Source: Callorhinchus milii (Eukaryota). From it: 64,000 nt of DNA. Under the pieces are notes generated by a model. It made no database searches and was not told the DNA's origin. It saw nothing but the letters and a program-made list of their open reading frames with translations. Both the position numbers and the translations under genes were made by a program. Of the stretch, positions 49,346 to 62,154 are shown one piece after another. Location of the stretch: NCBI RefSeq assembly GCF_018977255.1, contig NW_024704742.1:102302001-102366000 (forward strand), given 5' to 3'. Position 1 is the first letter of the stretch, and each line of letters starts with the position of its first letter.

Positions 49346-52300
49346 AGCACCCTTGGTTCTGCCTGGAATATTATCCGATCGAAATTCAGGCCTGGACAGA
49401 TTGCCTTTCTGCTTCAGTCTTCAAATAGTGACTCATTAACATTCCTGCAGTTGATGGCTCGTTCCTACACTGGAGACCCAAAACACTTGGTCTATCCAGA
49501 GGAAAGAAAGAGAGTTCAATTTACAGATAAAATCCCACGAGTACGGAATTTATACAAACAATTTTTGAATTGACAGATTTGGGGTGGGGAAGAGGGAAAG
49601 GAATATTTATAATCAAAAGTACAATTTTAGCAATATGCACCTTTGATTTTATCATTGCTGAAGTACATTTAGCACGAAGAACCAGAGTTACTGCTGAATA
49701 ATGAAAAAAAGGTAATGTTCAATTTGACCAATTTGCCAGAAGGTGATAGATAGTCCAATAAAATGCACATTCAGGCCAATGAAATTCCAGGAAACAGACC
49801 TTGCAATAATGGAATGATCATTTAATTTGTGGTGACACAGAGAATGTTTCCCTTGCTCCACAATGCAGTAATGTTCGTTTTTCCTGAAACAGAGAGACAT
49901 CTCTTCCGCAGCCTACCTGGACTGTAACATTTTTGAAAATCAAATCATCTCACAATATTTTTACTGCTGTCTGGAAAAAAACTGTGCACTGTGACCAAGT
50001 TAAGATGCCATTCAGTAATGTTTTATGGGCCTATGAATATAGATGACGTCTATAATTCTACTTCCATTCTTCTGTTTGATTAAATTGATAGATTTTAAAT
50101 ACATTTTGCTCCATATTATACTGTACATAACGATGAGGCTAAATAAATATTTTTTCCTTTAATCTACCCTGAACAGAATATACCAATAAACCTCTATTGT
50201 TGGATTACACTGATGGAAAAAATTCTTATCAATTCCAGCAAAGTGGCTGGGCTGAGGAAAGCTTGTGAGACTGCTTCATTACTGACATGTAAAAGTTTGC
50301 AAAGTTCAATAACATAAAAAGTTAGATAGTCCAAGAACTTTCAGTATATTTTTACGTTAACTAAGTTCTTCCAGAATTGTCTGCAGTACAAGGCTGATTT
50401 ACACTGCAGCCACTGATTTGATTCCTAAAACTGCCTCTTGAGGTAGTTTCATGAGCAAAGCTCAGAATCAAATCAATGCCCATAATCCTGATTTATGATG
50501 CATCTTTGAACACTGGTGCTACATTAAAACAGCATTGAATCTGTGCTAACTATCCAGATCAAACAGAGAATAGAACACAGACTTTGCCTTTAAAAATTAA
50601 CACAGACTTCAGAACCTTAACCAGTTTAAATGTTAAAAACAGATCATTTGACAAATGTAAGAGATTGATTCAAAATGTAACATTTTATAAAATCGGGAGG
50701 TCTAATTTGATATTTTTAGCTCTGTGCAAACACATTTTTCCTTGCTTGCTCACCACGATTAAAAGCTAATGGAAAAGGTGAGGATCCTCTGAACTGAGAT
50801 AAAAGCTGCATTAAATGAGATACATTAGCACTTTTATTAGAACTGAGGGAAACTCCCATCATTTCCTTTCTCATGCTTTATCAACCATCATCTGCTATGT
50901 GTGGAAATTGCACCAGGGATAATTTCCTGAAGTGGGATTATCTTTTACTAAGATTAAAAAGAGGCGTATTTTGGGATGCAGTATAGCCGGTTAGCTATTT
51001 ATTATGCAGCCTTTGTTAGACTTTAGGCAAACTGAGAAACAGTGGGTAGAAATAGTCTGAAATGCTTGATTGAGAAAATATGGGGACTAACCAATAATGC
51101 AACATTAACATCCATTTCCTGTGGGCTATTTGGTGGTTAATGAGGTTCTGCAATATTGCTTTGCATAGTAACAGCACTATTATGACTGCATTGGAGGCTC
51201 GGGGCGTAAACATGAAGGAACAGGTTGGATTTTGTTTTTGTAATGTGGGACAGATTGTGGTTTTATATGATATTGTAAAACATCATAATGCTCAGAGAAT
51301 CCACAGTCATTGGATTCATTGGTTTCTTTTAGGCTTTTGGCTGAGTTTTTCATGAAGCCCCTGTGAAGATGTTTGAAGCTATGGGAATACTGGTCAAATT
51401 CTGGATTTTATACAACTATTTTTCACCATTGATTGAGGAATTCACTGAACACATCTTCCTAAGAATTGGATAAGGCAAGATTGTTCACTATAATCTACCC
51501 AATTTGATATATTCATCAATTATATATTGGATAATATCAAGAAGCAGACTATTTTGAATAGTGCCATGAGATCCTTAATGTCCCCTGTATAGGCAGATGG
51601 GATCTTAGTATAACATTTCATCCAAAAAATATATCTCCAACAACGTAGTGCTCAACACTTGACTATGAACTCAAATTCCCAAGACTGAGCTTGAACCAAC
51701 ATACTTATGATCCAGAAGTGAAAGTTCTACCGACTAAGCCTTAGATAGTTGTTGACGAAAACCTGAGACTTGGTATGAGAGCTGTTGGAAAGTGTTACCT
51801 GGATTCATGAACGAATGTGCATATATCCAGTGCTTGGAATCTGTCCCCGAGTGTACGTTGGGGTACTGCTGGAGTCTAACCAGCTAAAACCACATACTTT
51901 GCCATTGATATTGGTTTGGCAGGCTTTCCTGCTGCTTGTCCATCCAGGGCCACCCTACCCATTAGCGCTTTGGCTTGCAGGGTTAACAGGAGCTGAATGG
52001 GATGACTCCCTCCCCTAGTGACTGATCTTCCCTTTCAGGTCCTGCCGATGAGCCATGCTGGCTGTGCTGTCATCAGAAAACTGGATATCCTGGAGTACTG
52101 CAGACCCGCATGGCTCAGGAACTGGACTACTGAGACCGTCACAGAAGGCTGGCTCAATTCGGATATTCTATTGCCAATCATGTCACCTTGGATAGTCACC
52201 TGAAGTTCAGAAGTTCAAGCAAGAAGAGAAACCATCTATAAATTTCTCGGACTTTAAAAATTCTATAACTATACAAGAAAAGAAGCAGTCTGCGGATGTC

Positions 52301-53044
52301 ACAACCTCTACAAATTCTATGGATTTTACTAATTCTACATGTTCTACAAATTCCAGAAGAATTCAACCTCCATTATCCAATGCTTTCAAACCAAGGGAAT
52401 CCTTATCTGCTGCTTACACATTTTGATATGATCACCACCATGATGTATTATAAATTAAGCATAATATTGCCAATTGTCCATTGTATTAAGGTGAATACAT
52501 ATATACATATGAATACATATGTCTGACTCAGTAAGCATGATAATGCCTTTTGTCCACAATCAATCACTCAGTAGTTGTTAAACATAAAATACAAGTGGTT
52601 TGGGTTCCTCTGATCTTGGGTTCTCAACTCCATAGATTGGCAGAGCAGAACAGGTTGGTCTGTTCTCGCCACACCTTCTGACAGTCACAGCAAAATAGAA
52701 CCTGTTCTATTCCGGCTGATTCCCAGCCACAGCAGGAGTTCCATAGTTCCAGTATGGCCATTCTCTTTGAACCCAACACCTGGTGGATCCAGAGTACTCC
52801 ACGACAACAACAGCATGCATTTATATAGCACCCTTTACGCGGGGTAGCATCCCAGAGACAAAGTTGATAAGAGACCAACTAGTCTGGCTTGTCTGCAGGG
52901 TAGACCAGTCATTAGAATCAGAGATTCTTCCTACTCAGCTCCTGTTAAACCTACAAGACAAAGCCTAAGTGTCCTAGCGGGACCACCCTACCATTAAGGC
53001 TTTGGACAAGGGATGGCAAGCTTGTCAGACAATGGCAAGCTACA

Positions 53045-53180
53045 AAAGGCAAAGTACTGCAGATGCTGGAAATCTTGCATAAACACAGAAGTCGCTGGGA
53101 ATACCCCACAGGTCAGGCAGCATCCATGGAGAGAGGAAAATGATTTAACATTTCAATTCAATGACCTTTCGTTAGAAAGG
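53045..53180 (-). mobile_element. Penelope-like terminal fragment
   Basis: Homologous to 22790-22925. Confidence 0.8.
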
Positions 53181-53255
53181 CAAGCTACGTGTTTTTAGCT
53201 GGATACATTCTACTAATACTCCAAAGCATACTTTGAGTTCCTCAAGCCTTGGTTA

Positions 53256-53545
53256 TAATAATAATAATCCTTGCATTTGATATAGCACTTTTCACGTCTT
53301 CTCGACGTTTCAAAGCGCTTCACAGAAAGACTGTAAAGTGAATTGACCGTATATTTGTGGGCGAAATGCGGCAACCAATTGCACACAGCAGTGTCCCACA
53401 AACAGTTGTGGATGGAAAATGACCAATTTATTATTGTTTTGTTTTGGAGGGATTATTATTAGGCGTGTGGAGTAAGAAAACTTGCCCAAGGTTTTGCCCT
53501 GCCTGGAATTGAACCCAGGTGTCTCGCTTGTAAGGCGAGTGCTTT
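53256..53545 (-). mobile_element. tRNA-derived SINE, slightly 5'-truncated
   Basis: Family match. Confidence 0.9.
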
Positions 53546-54100
53546 CGCTAGCTAATATGCACATGAAACTTGCTAACGTGCACACCATTCCAGACACAGG
53601 AAATGTATAGGTGGCTCTCAAATTCTTAGCTTCAATAGTCTTAAGTATGGTGATGGCTTGGGTTTCTTTATGTGTCAGGCCTCAACCAGTCTCTACAACT
53701 ATGTCATAAATTAAATTCAAGTGCTATAGGGTAGGTTGCTGAAACTCGTATCATTTTGTTTATTCGGTTGTATTTTGGTTTATTTGAATCTTGTCTTATA
53801 TATGTAGGGGTTTGCCTACAAAATATACAGTCATTATACTTTACAGTAAAGTTCTGGGAAGTGCTTTGCGATGTCTTTCCAAAATGAAAAGCGCTAAATC
53901 AAAAGCAACAATTATTATTATTTGCATTTAATGCCTCATTTTCTCTTTATTACTTCCCTATTCTTCTCTTTAGCTAGGAGGAGAGGATACACTAAGCTGT
54001 GCACCTATGTACAAAGCCTTTCAGATTTGCTCTGTAGACTGATTGACAGAAGGCTACTTTGAGCCAATTGTGTCACTCCTCTCTCTTCTTGCCATTCCAG

Positions 54101-54160
54101 ATACCTAAGTAGGATTCAGCCATGCCTTGCAGTTTGCCTTTCCTGTAGGAGCAGCAGTAG
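54101..54160 (+). CDS. Candidate 60-nt phase-2 exon (YLSRIQPCLAVCLSCRSSS), or nested 12-nt microexon 54149-54160
   Basis: ctcctctctcttcttgccattccag|..agtag|gtaaaa; only phase 2 is open; an internal acceptor ttgcctttcctgtag is in the same phase. Confidence 0.38.
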
Positions 54161-56704
54161 GTAAAAGGGAATATGAAGGATTTGAACATCCAAGTAACAG
54201 GAAAACAGAATAAAACTTCATTTCCTGACCTTTTTCAATGCTCTGCGAAGCTCCTGCATATTATCATGATAAATTCATGAGTGGCTTCCAAGAAAGGAAT
54301 CAGAATGTCTAAATGTACCATTACAGCTCTCATCTGGACATAGAATCGATTTAATTGGCAATTTTATTCTAGCTCCTAAGTGATGTTTTGGTTGAGTAAA
54401 GCAAAATTGTCATTGCTCTTAGAATCACCTTGAAACTACAAAAAGATGCTCTAGAGTTGATAATGAAGGAATTAAGTAGAATCATGCATAAAATAACAGA
54501 TGTTTCTTCACAAGTGGAAGGAAGGAGTATGAAAATAAGCTGTTATCAAATAAATGCAGATCTTTTACAATGGAAATCGCTGGTAGTAAGTGGAGCATAG
54601 AGACTGTTTAATTCAGGAAGCTAGACCATGTCTTTATAATAACCTGCAATAATATGCATAATGTGTTGATCCCATATTTTGACAGAATATGTTACCACTG
54701 ATGTGCTATAAACTGTTTGCAATTCAAGGAGCAAATTAATTGAGGAAGTCACTAAATCACAGTGACCCATTATGTTGCTTTCTTCTCTGTAAGTAGAATG
54801 TTTACAAGGATTTTCCAAACTATTAAGATTTGTTTTGCTAAACACTAAGATTTATCCATTTATATTGGATTTAATAGTTGGTTTGCCAAGTAGGGATCCA
54901 GAGCTCAAATGCATACCTACAGAGCTTTTTCAATCATTCTTGAGGGGTTCACCAATAATAGTAGGATATCTCTTCTGGTAAGATACTAATGTGAAAGTTT
55001 TTGTCTGGTGGGCGTTTTACACAGTATTTTTTATTTTTTCCTTATAATTGGGTTAGTGACAGTGCATTTCAGCATTATAATAAATCTCCATACAACACTG
55101 TATAGAGAAATATAAGATGTGAATCGTATAAAGTAAACTCAGAACAATACTTTCAGATACATCAAGACAGTATGACAAGAAGAAAGAAGTTCAGGGGCGT
55201 GAAGGGAAACTTTAGGACAGACACCAGGAAATATCTCTTTATGTAATTAGCAGCTGGAAAGGGTTCCCAAGAATAGTGGTTGAAGCCAGGACACAAAACT
55301 CTTTAAGAAACAATTTGGTGTTGTGATGAGAAATATTGTCCTGCTTCACAGCACCCAACCCAATCTGCCCACCAGTAGTGGTGATCTATCAACTATTCTG
55401 GTCCTGTTCTCTGGAGCTCTATCCCAGAGATCCTCCGACTTGCGCCCTCCCTCCTTTTAAAGTCCATCTTAATTTATCTCTTTGACTATGCTTTTGGTTA
55501 TCTTTTCCCTCAAACCACTCTTTTCAGCTCCTCTTCCACCCCTTGGGTTACAGCCAGCTGTGTAAATCACCTTGAGACATCCTCCCAGCATGAAAAGTGC
55601 TGCATAAATATAAATTGTATTGTATCTGGTATTCTGGATAAAATGAAATGTGACAAAGGGCATTCTTCATCCGAAATTCTCTTATCATTTTATAGATTTA
55701 GGGAATAAAATTGCAGCTAGAGTTGAGGTGCTACCATGGGAGAGAGTAGCTTCTGCTAGCTTCTAGAGAAACTATAAGAAAGAACAGAATAAGAAAAGGC
55801 AATTCAAGATTTCAAACCCATTCCTCCAACAAGCCTTACACAATGTATTCTATCATGAATTCAACCAAACCCAATTAATGTCCTGAGGAAAGGTCCTGAA
55901 AATTCTGCCTGAATCCTCCCTCCCTAAGGTAAATCCAGTGAAATCTAGCATCTTGCTAAATTTATATCCTCATTATTCATCTGGAAGTTTTTGATTTTTG
56001 TATGTCCTGCTACTGCAGATTTTCCATTGTAAGTTCTATCCCAAAGGTCATTTTGTATATTTGATGGTATCAAATAAGGATGCTGTACCTATCTTCAATT
56101 CTATTTTCAAGGGTTGCTAATGTGTTCTGGTGGACAATATCATTGGGGTGGACTTTACTATGGGCATAGAAATACATATGTGTGAAGCTTGAGCATTTGT
56201 CTAATTCCCCAATGAGGATTAGAAATGAATGTGACTGCTAGGATTTTGACAACAACTGGCTAAAAGAAGAAAAAAATCTGATTTTTTTTACCTTGACAGA
56301 TTAAGCACTTAAGACTTAAGTTAATAATGGATGGATTCAGTGGGCTCTGCTGGGGAATTAAAAATAGGTAGGTCAACTTGAAGGACAAGACTGCAGTCTG
56401 ACTTCCTTCATTCAGTTTTCTACCTTGGTCTTTGCATTGCAGGTGGAATCAATTATTACTATTCGATCACATAGTTTGCCATTGCCAGCCCATTTACCAT
56501 CCAGGCTTAATCAATAGCTGAAATCTCCATTGCTCTTGACAGGGTGATGATACTTCCTGCCTTGTCAGAGCCTCTCACATGTTTGACTATATTTCACTCA
56601 AAAAGGTGGAATGCTGTATTTTTACAAAATGGGGTCTCATTTGTGAGTTGGGTGAGTAACCCACAATATTTGCAGGTTGGGTTAATCAGGTGCAACCTCA
56701 TATG

Positions 56705-57085
56705 TGTCAACCTGGCTCAGTTGATAGCACTCTCATCTCGAGTCAGAAGTTTATGGGTTCAAGCTATAAATCGGGACTTGAAACTCATATAGTCTAAGCA
56801 GACACTCCAATACAGCACTGTGGGCGTGCTGCATTGTTAGAGGTGACATTGGAGGTCATTATTCAAAAAAAGAAGGGAGTTTCTCCTGATGTCCTGGCCA
56901 AAAATCTCCAGGAGAAATTGATCAATCGCTTCATAGCTGTTTGTGCTTAACTGCTGCGCACATATTGGCTGCCACATTCACCCACAAAACATACAGTCAT
57001 TACACTTTCCAATAGATCCTTGAAATGTTTTCAGATGTTCTCTGGATGTGAAAGGTGTTACATCAAATGTAAGGATTATTATTAT
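56705..57085 (+). mobile_element. Older SacSINE1/DeuSINE-like SINE
   Basis: ggctcagttgatagcactctc..gagtcagaag..gggttcaag head; ATT tail. Confidence 0.75.
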
Positions 57086-57701
57086 AGCTAATTTCCACAC
57101 AGCAATGTCCCACTATCAGCAATGAAGTGAACGATCAGTTTTTAAGAAGTTTCAAAGTTTGTCTCAGTTAGTATTCATACTAGATTCACTATGAAAAAGT
57201 TTAGTATCAATGAAACTGTAGCTTACTTTGTCTCGAGACATCATAGACAAATGAGATGTAAAACAAAAACTCTCTGCTCTTCCAATGGGATAGGCTACGG
57301 GATTCAATTCCACAGTCATAGAGCAAAACAATATCACACAGTAATGATGTTATTAAAAGAGACAAATACATTTGGAAAGCTTAATGGGTGAATTAATGCT
57401 ATACAATTTAAAGTACAAACATCTCTAATGTTCTGTTGCAGTGAATATATGCTTCAGGAGTTAAAAAAAATGATATCCAAAACTTCATCAAACAAACAAT
57501 GCTGTCTATGAAAACTTTCATAGGCCTGAAGCTCCATGAATAAACAACTTCTATTGCGCATGTAGGCATGATTGTCAAATTAGCCTAAAGGTGCTTGTAG
57601 TCAGTGGCAAAGGAAGTTGAACAGGTAATTAGATCCATCTAAAGAGTGATCTCCGAAGGCGACAGAAGTGCTTTACGATTGCATATAAGAGTTTTCTTTA
57701 G

Positions 57702-57776
57702 CCAAATGTGCAAGTCAGATTCACGGAATGGCAGTATAATTTCTCACCATGGCTACACGTATCAGAACATAGTGAG
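57702..57776 (+). CDS. Weak candidate 75-nt exon (phase 2: QMCKSDSRNGSIISHHGYTYQNIV)
   Basis: gttttctttag|..gtgag|gtacat; open in phases 2 and 0. Confidence 0.2.
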
Positions 57777-60210
57777 GTACATGAAAGTACAGTATAGAAA
57801 GCGAGACTGCATTAAAAGACTTGCACCAATTAGTTTGTAACACTACCAAATAATTTCAATAAGTGTGCAAATGCTCAGCAAATGTGCAAATTAGCAGCAA
57901 ATGGTGTATGTGAAGGAGCATCTGCAAACACCTGCAACAGTGCTCATTTGTGAACAGTGCAACTCCCTTTACGACGCAACAGTTTACTCTGAAGATTTGG
58001 TGACATGGTTACGAACATATGTTGACTCAGTCTTGTGCAAAGTATTGTCATTAGCTGGTGCAATGCACATTTCTGAATAATGTATCACTTGTCAACTTTT
58101 TTGCTGTTTTAGAGTGTTAAAGTAATCAGATCCAAATACCTGAATTAATTTCTGCATTAAAGCTTCCAAATATTGTTTGTCCTTTCAGTTTAAGGTGTTG
58201 CACCCTAGCTTTACACATATAAACACAAATACACATACACATCTGTGTAATTTCTTTAACTTAATCTGATTTCTAGATTAAATTAATATCAAGTATATAA
58301 ACTGCATACCCTCAAAATAAAAATTAAAACGTACATAGGTATACAATTATTTTAAAAGATAGCCCTGTGTTTGGAAGCAAGGAAGTATTGTGTTTGGTGG
58401 TTGCTAACTCATCTATGAATTAACAAATAGCTTTCTTATAATTGAGATCATTGTACTGGAACGCAGATTGGAAATCAAAGGGGAATCGCTATAGTTGCTG
58501 TGATTGATATGGGGTGGGGGTAGGGTCAAACTTCATTTTGTTCCCGGATTAATGTCTGTCGGTGGCATGAGGAAAAAGCAGTTTTCAAGTATCTTCAAAT
58601 CAAAGAAATTAAATGTAAACCATTTGGGAAATTCTTGTCCCTCTGTGGGCAAGGCAGATCAGAGAGATTGATAGCTATGATCTCTGGGGAATCCCATCAG
58701 GTCTTTATACTAGGTAGTTTCCTTGAACTTTTCATTAGCTAAGTATCCCATCAAATAATGGGCCACTGATGTTAAGCTCAGAGAGAGCTCAGGGTTTGAA
58801 AAAGACATTTACAATGCTTGGCTTGCAATGATTCAAACAACTGCCTTGAATAGGGTTGACTTCAAACAAACCACATAGAATGTATATATGTTTTTTTTGT
58901 TAATATGTAAAAAGATAAACGTCTTCTACACATTAACAAAAAAAGTTTTTATATTTTGCATCAGAGAATCTTACTAAACTGGAATTTTAGTTTTACAAAT
59001 CCTGTTCCAAAACATTTTCCAGAGCATTTCAGTTCAGGTTAAACTGTTCCAGAGCGTTTATGTCACTTCAACCTGGTTACCAAAGTATAATATTAATAAG
59101 AATCCTTGTATTTGATAGAGCACTTCATCAGATTGTTGAGACGTCTTAAGAGGTTTCACAGAAAGTGGATTGACTTTATTTTTGTGGGCGAGACATATGT
59201 TAGTTTCATTAGTGTTGTACTAATAAATTACAGTCTTGTTTGCTCCCTTGTACCTGGATTCTGAAGATTTTCTGAGCAAAGGTCATCTGAATCTTCCACT
59301 GATTGCTTGGAGACTTGATAAAATGTCAGGGGGAGGGGGGTAGAGTATAGCACACATAGTGGTAGGGATCCACAAAATCCCAACTAGCACTATAACCAGG
59401 CTCTGATTTCACTGCAATGTTTGTAGCTGGCCCATTCACTCTGTGTGCTAGATGGTTCTCACCCTAAAATAATGATCGACTTGCAGGTTGCCAGATCACC
59501 ACCAATATCACATCCTATATATTGCATGTGCGTAAAGCAGGACGTGAGGTAATCTAGTGAGCCGGAAATCGGCCATTTAGAGCAAGAGCTAGCTGGTACG
59601 CAAGAACGAGTGAGCAGGCTAGCTGCACATACAAACACAGTGAATGGGGTCCACACAGCAAACATGTTAAAACCCAAATCACCCGATAAACAAGCACGTT
59701 ATGAAAATGTTTGTAACTGCACAATAAATAATAATAATAATCCTTACACTTGATATAGTGCCTTATCACGTCATCGAGACGTTTCAACGGTATGTGACAG
59801 GGAGGATAAGTAACACAGATATCTCTGGGGTATTACTGTACTTGTAAAATTATTACAGGCCTTTTCCCCCTTCCCATTGGGGGAAGGACTTCAGCAACAT
59901 GAATCATTTTGAAGGTCACCATAAATTTCTTGAACCCCATTATTTTGCTCTAGAATGAGAAGTTACTTTTTTTAAACCAATTTTTGTAACACTATAAATC
60001 AATCATTTTTCCATGCTTAACATTTTCAGTTTTACTCTGTTCTTACTAACCCTAAATTTTCTCCCTCTTTTATGAAGGGCCTGAATCATCCCAGAGCATC
60101 AGGTCTCCTCCAGTAAGTCACCCAAATAAAATTCTTTCCTTGTGAACTTAGCTAGTGAGTGATCGGAAATTTTGGAACTGTTCAGGCGGGGGGAGGGTGA
60201 GTCTTGGACA

Positions 60211-60917
60211 AACAATAACAACAACAAGATTACATTTGTATAGTGCCTTTCACGTCAGGAGGACGTCCCAAGGCGCTCAACAGTGTACAGCATTTCAGAC
60301 CCGAGCTGGAGTCGGGAGGGGGTGGGGGGTGGAGAAAAGAGGGGAAGGGGGTTGGCCGATGGCATGGTCAAAGAGGAGGATCTTGAGGCGGGACTTGATG
60401 GAGGCTAAGGAGGGGGCGAGGCGGAGTGGCTGGGGGATGGAATTTCAAAGGTTGGGGGCAGATTGGCTAAAGGCTCTCCCGCCAATGGTGAGGCGGGTGG
60501 GTCGTGGGACGTGGAGCAGGTTGGAGCCAGCTGAGCGGAGGGAATGGGCGGATTGTTAGAGGGTTAGAATGGGGGAGATGGTGTTACGGAGTTTGGTGCG
60601 GGAGAGGCCATGGGCTGCAGAGTTCTGGATTGTCTGCAGCCTGTGGAGGGAGGAGTTGGGAAGGCCGACAAGCAGGGCGTTTGCATAGTCGAGCCTGGAG
60701 GTGATGAAGGCATGAACAAGAGCTTCAGCGGTCTGAGGGGTGAGGTAGTGGCAAAGTCGGGCAACGTTATGGAGGTGAAGGAAGGCAGAGAGGGTCATGG
60801 CTTGGATGTAGGGAAGAAAAGACAGTTGCGGGTCAAGCAAGAAACCTAGGTTCCTGACTGGCTTGGTGAGTTGCAGTGTGCAACCATGGAGGTTGATGCT
60901 GCCAGAGCCTGAGATGC
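60211..60917 (-). mobile_element. L2 3' fragment, same subfamily as 38410-40227, with an internal deletion
   Basis: AEALVHAFITSRLDYANALLVGLP; closely matches 38410-39212 but lacks ~125 bp near 60565. Confidence 0.93.
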
Positions 60918-61264
60918 ATACACCCACACTTTCTAAGACACCCACACTTTCGCTTTCCAGCTACAGACACTAGGTTGTGATCAGGAAGGAAAAACCCCAG
61001 TTGATTTTCCTCTGCATCATGGAGCACTGAGGTCAGTTGTTGTGCTCTTAATGCCACTGTGGCTGAGATTGAATAATTCAGCACAGAGCAAGGATTGAAT
61101 CTGAGACTAGCCTGTTTTGTACAGCCTTCCTCTTTAACCATGCTTACAGTCACCTCCTCCCATCCCCCGGCTCGGCGTATGGCATCACCACTATTAAGCG
61201 CTCTGGGATGCTGCCTCATTAAGGGCGCTATATAAATACAAGTTGTTGTTGTTTCATTTCCTGT

Positions 61265-61575
61265 TGTCCTGTAGCTCAGCGGTTAGAGCACTCGCCTCGC
61301 AAGCAGTTTACCTAGCAGTAAGTAGGAACTCGGTTTTTAGTCGATTGGTGGAGCGCTTTTCCGGGTGTAATAATTCCTTCAAAAAAAATAATAGTAATAA
61401 ATTGGTCACTTCAATCCATGACTATTTTTGGGACACTGCTGTGCGCAATTGGCTGCTGCGTTTCACCCACACAATATACAGACAATTCACTTTAAAGTGT
61501 ATTCTGCGAAGTGCTTTGAGTCGTCTCAAAGACGTGATAAAGCGCTATATCAAATGCAAGAATTATTATTATTAT
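61265..61575 (+). mobile_element. SINE variant with the extra segment and a deletion in the tRNA head
   Basis: gtcctgtagctcagcggttagagcactcgc joined directly to gtttacctagcagtaagtagg; standard 3' half. Confidence 0.8.
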
Positions 61576-62112
61576 TTCACTAAGGACTGTGGATCCACAT
61601 GTTTGAAATTTACCAATTAAAAATTTATTTTAATAAAGTAAAATAAGCTCACATATGATCATTTTCTTTATTGCTACTTCTCCCAGATCAATAAATGTTG
61701 CTCTTATTAAATTAATATATTGCTATTACAGTACAGTTTGCTATCATTGTAAAGGGCGCAAGGAGATCTGAAATCCTCATTGTTTTATAAGGTCATACAA
61801 ACCGTTACTAAAATGATGACGCACATAAAGATGGCCTTTCTGTACTGATAATGCATTTTAAATTAGAGGCTGAAAATATACAATAACAGGACACTTCCTG
61901 TAAATAAAATGGAAAATGTTGCTTGGTCCAATATGTTAATGGAGATTCCTTTGCTTCGGACTATCATTAATGCCTGCCAGATTTTGCTGAGCTTTCAACA
62001 GCTTACCAACTCTGAGCTGAATACAACAGACAAAAAAAAACACTTAGAATTAATTTTCTGACCTATTGATTTCCTTCTTCAGTCTTCACTTGTCTTCTAC
62101 CACACTCTATAG

Positions 62113-62154
62113 GATGGCAGGCTTGAGCTATCTTAAAGAGGCTTTCATAACAAA
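62113..62154 (+). CDS. Candidate 42-nt phase-2 exon (MAGLSYLKEAFIT)
   Basis: Long pyrimidine tract ..cttgtcttctaccacactctatag|..acaaa|gtgagt consensus donor; only phase 2 is open. Confidence 0.48.
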
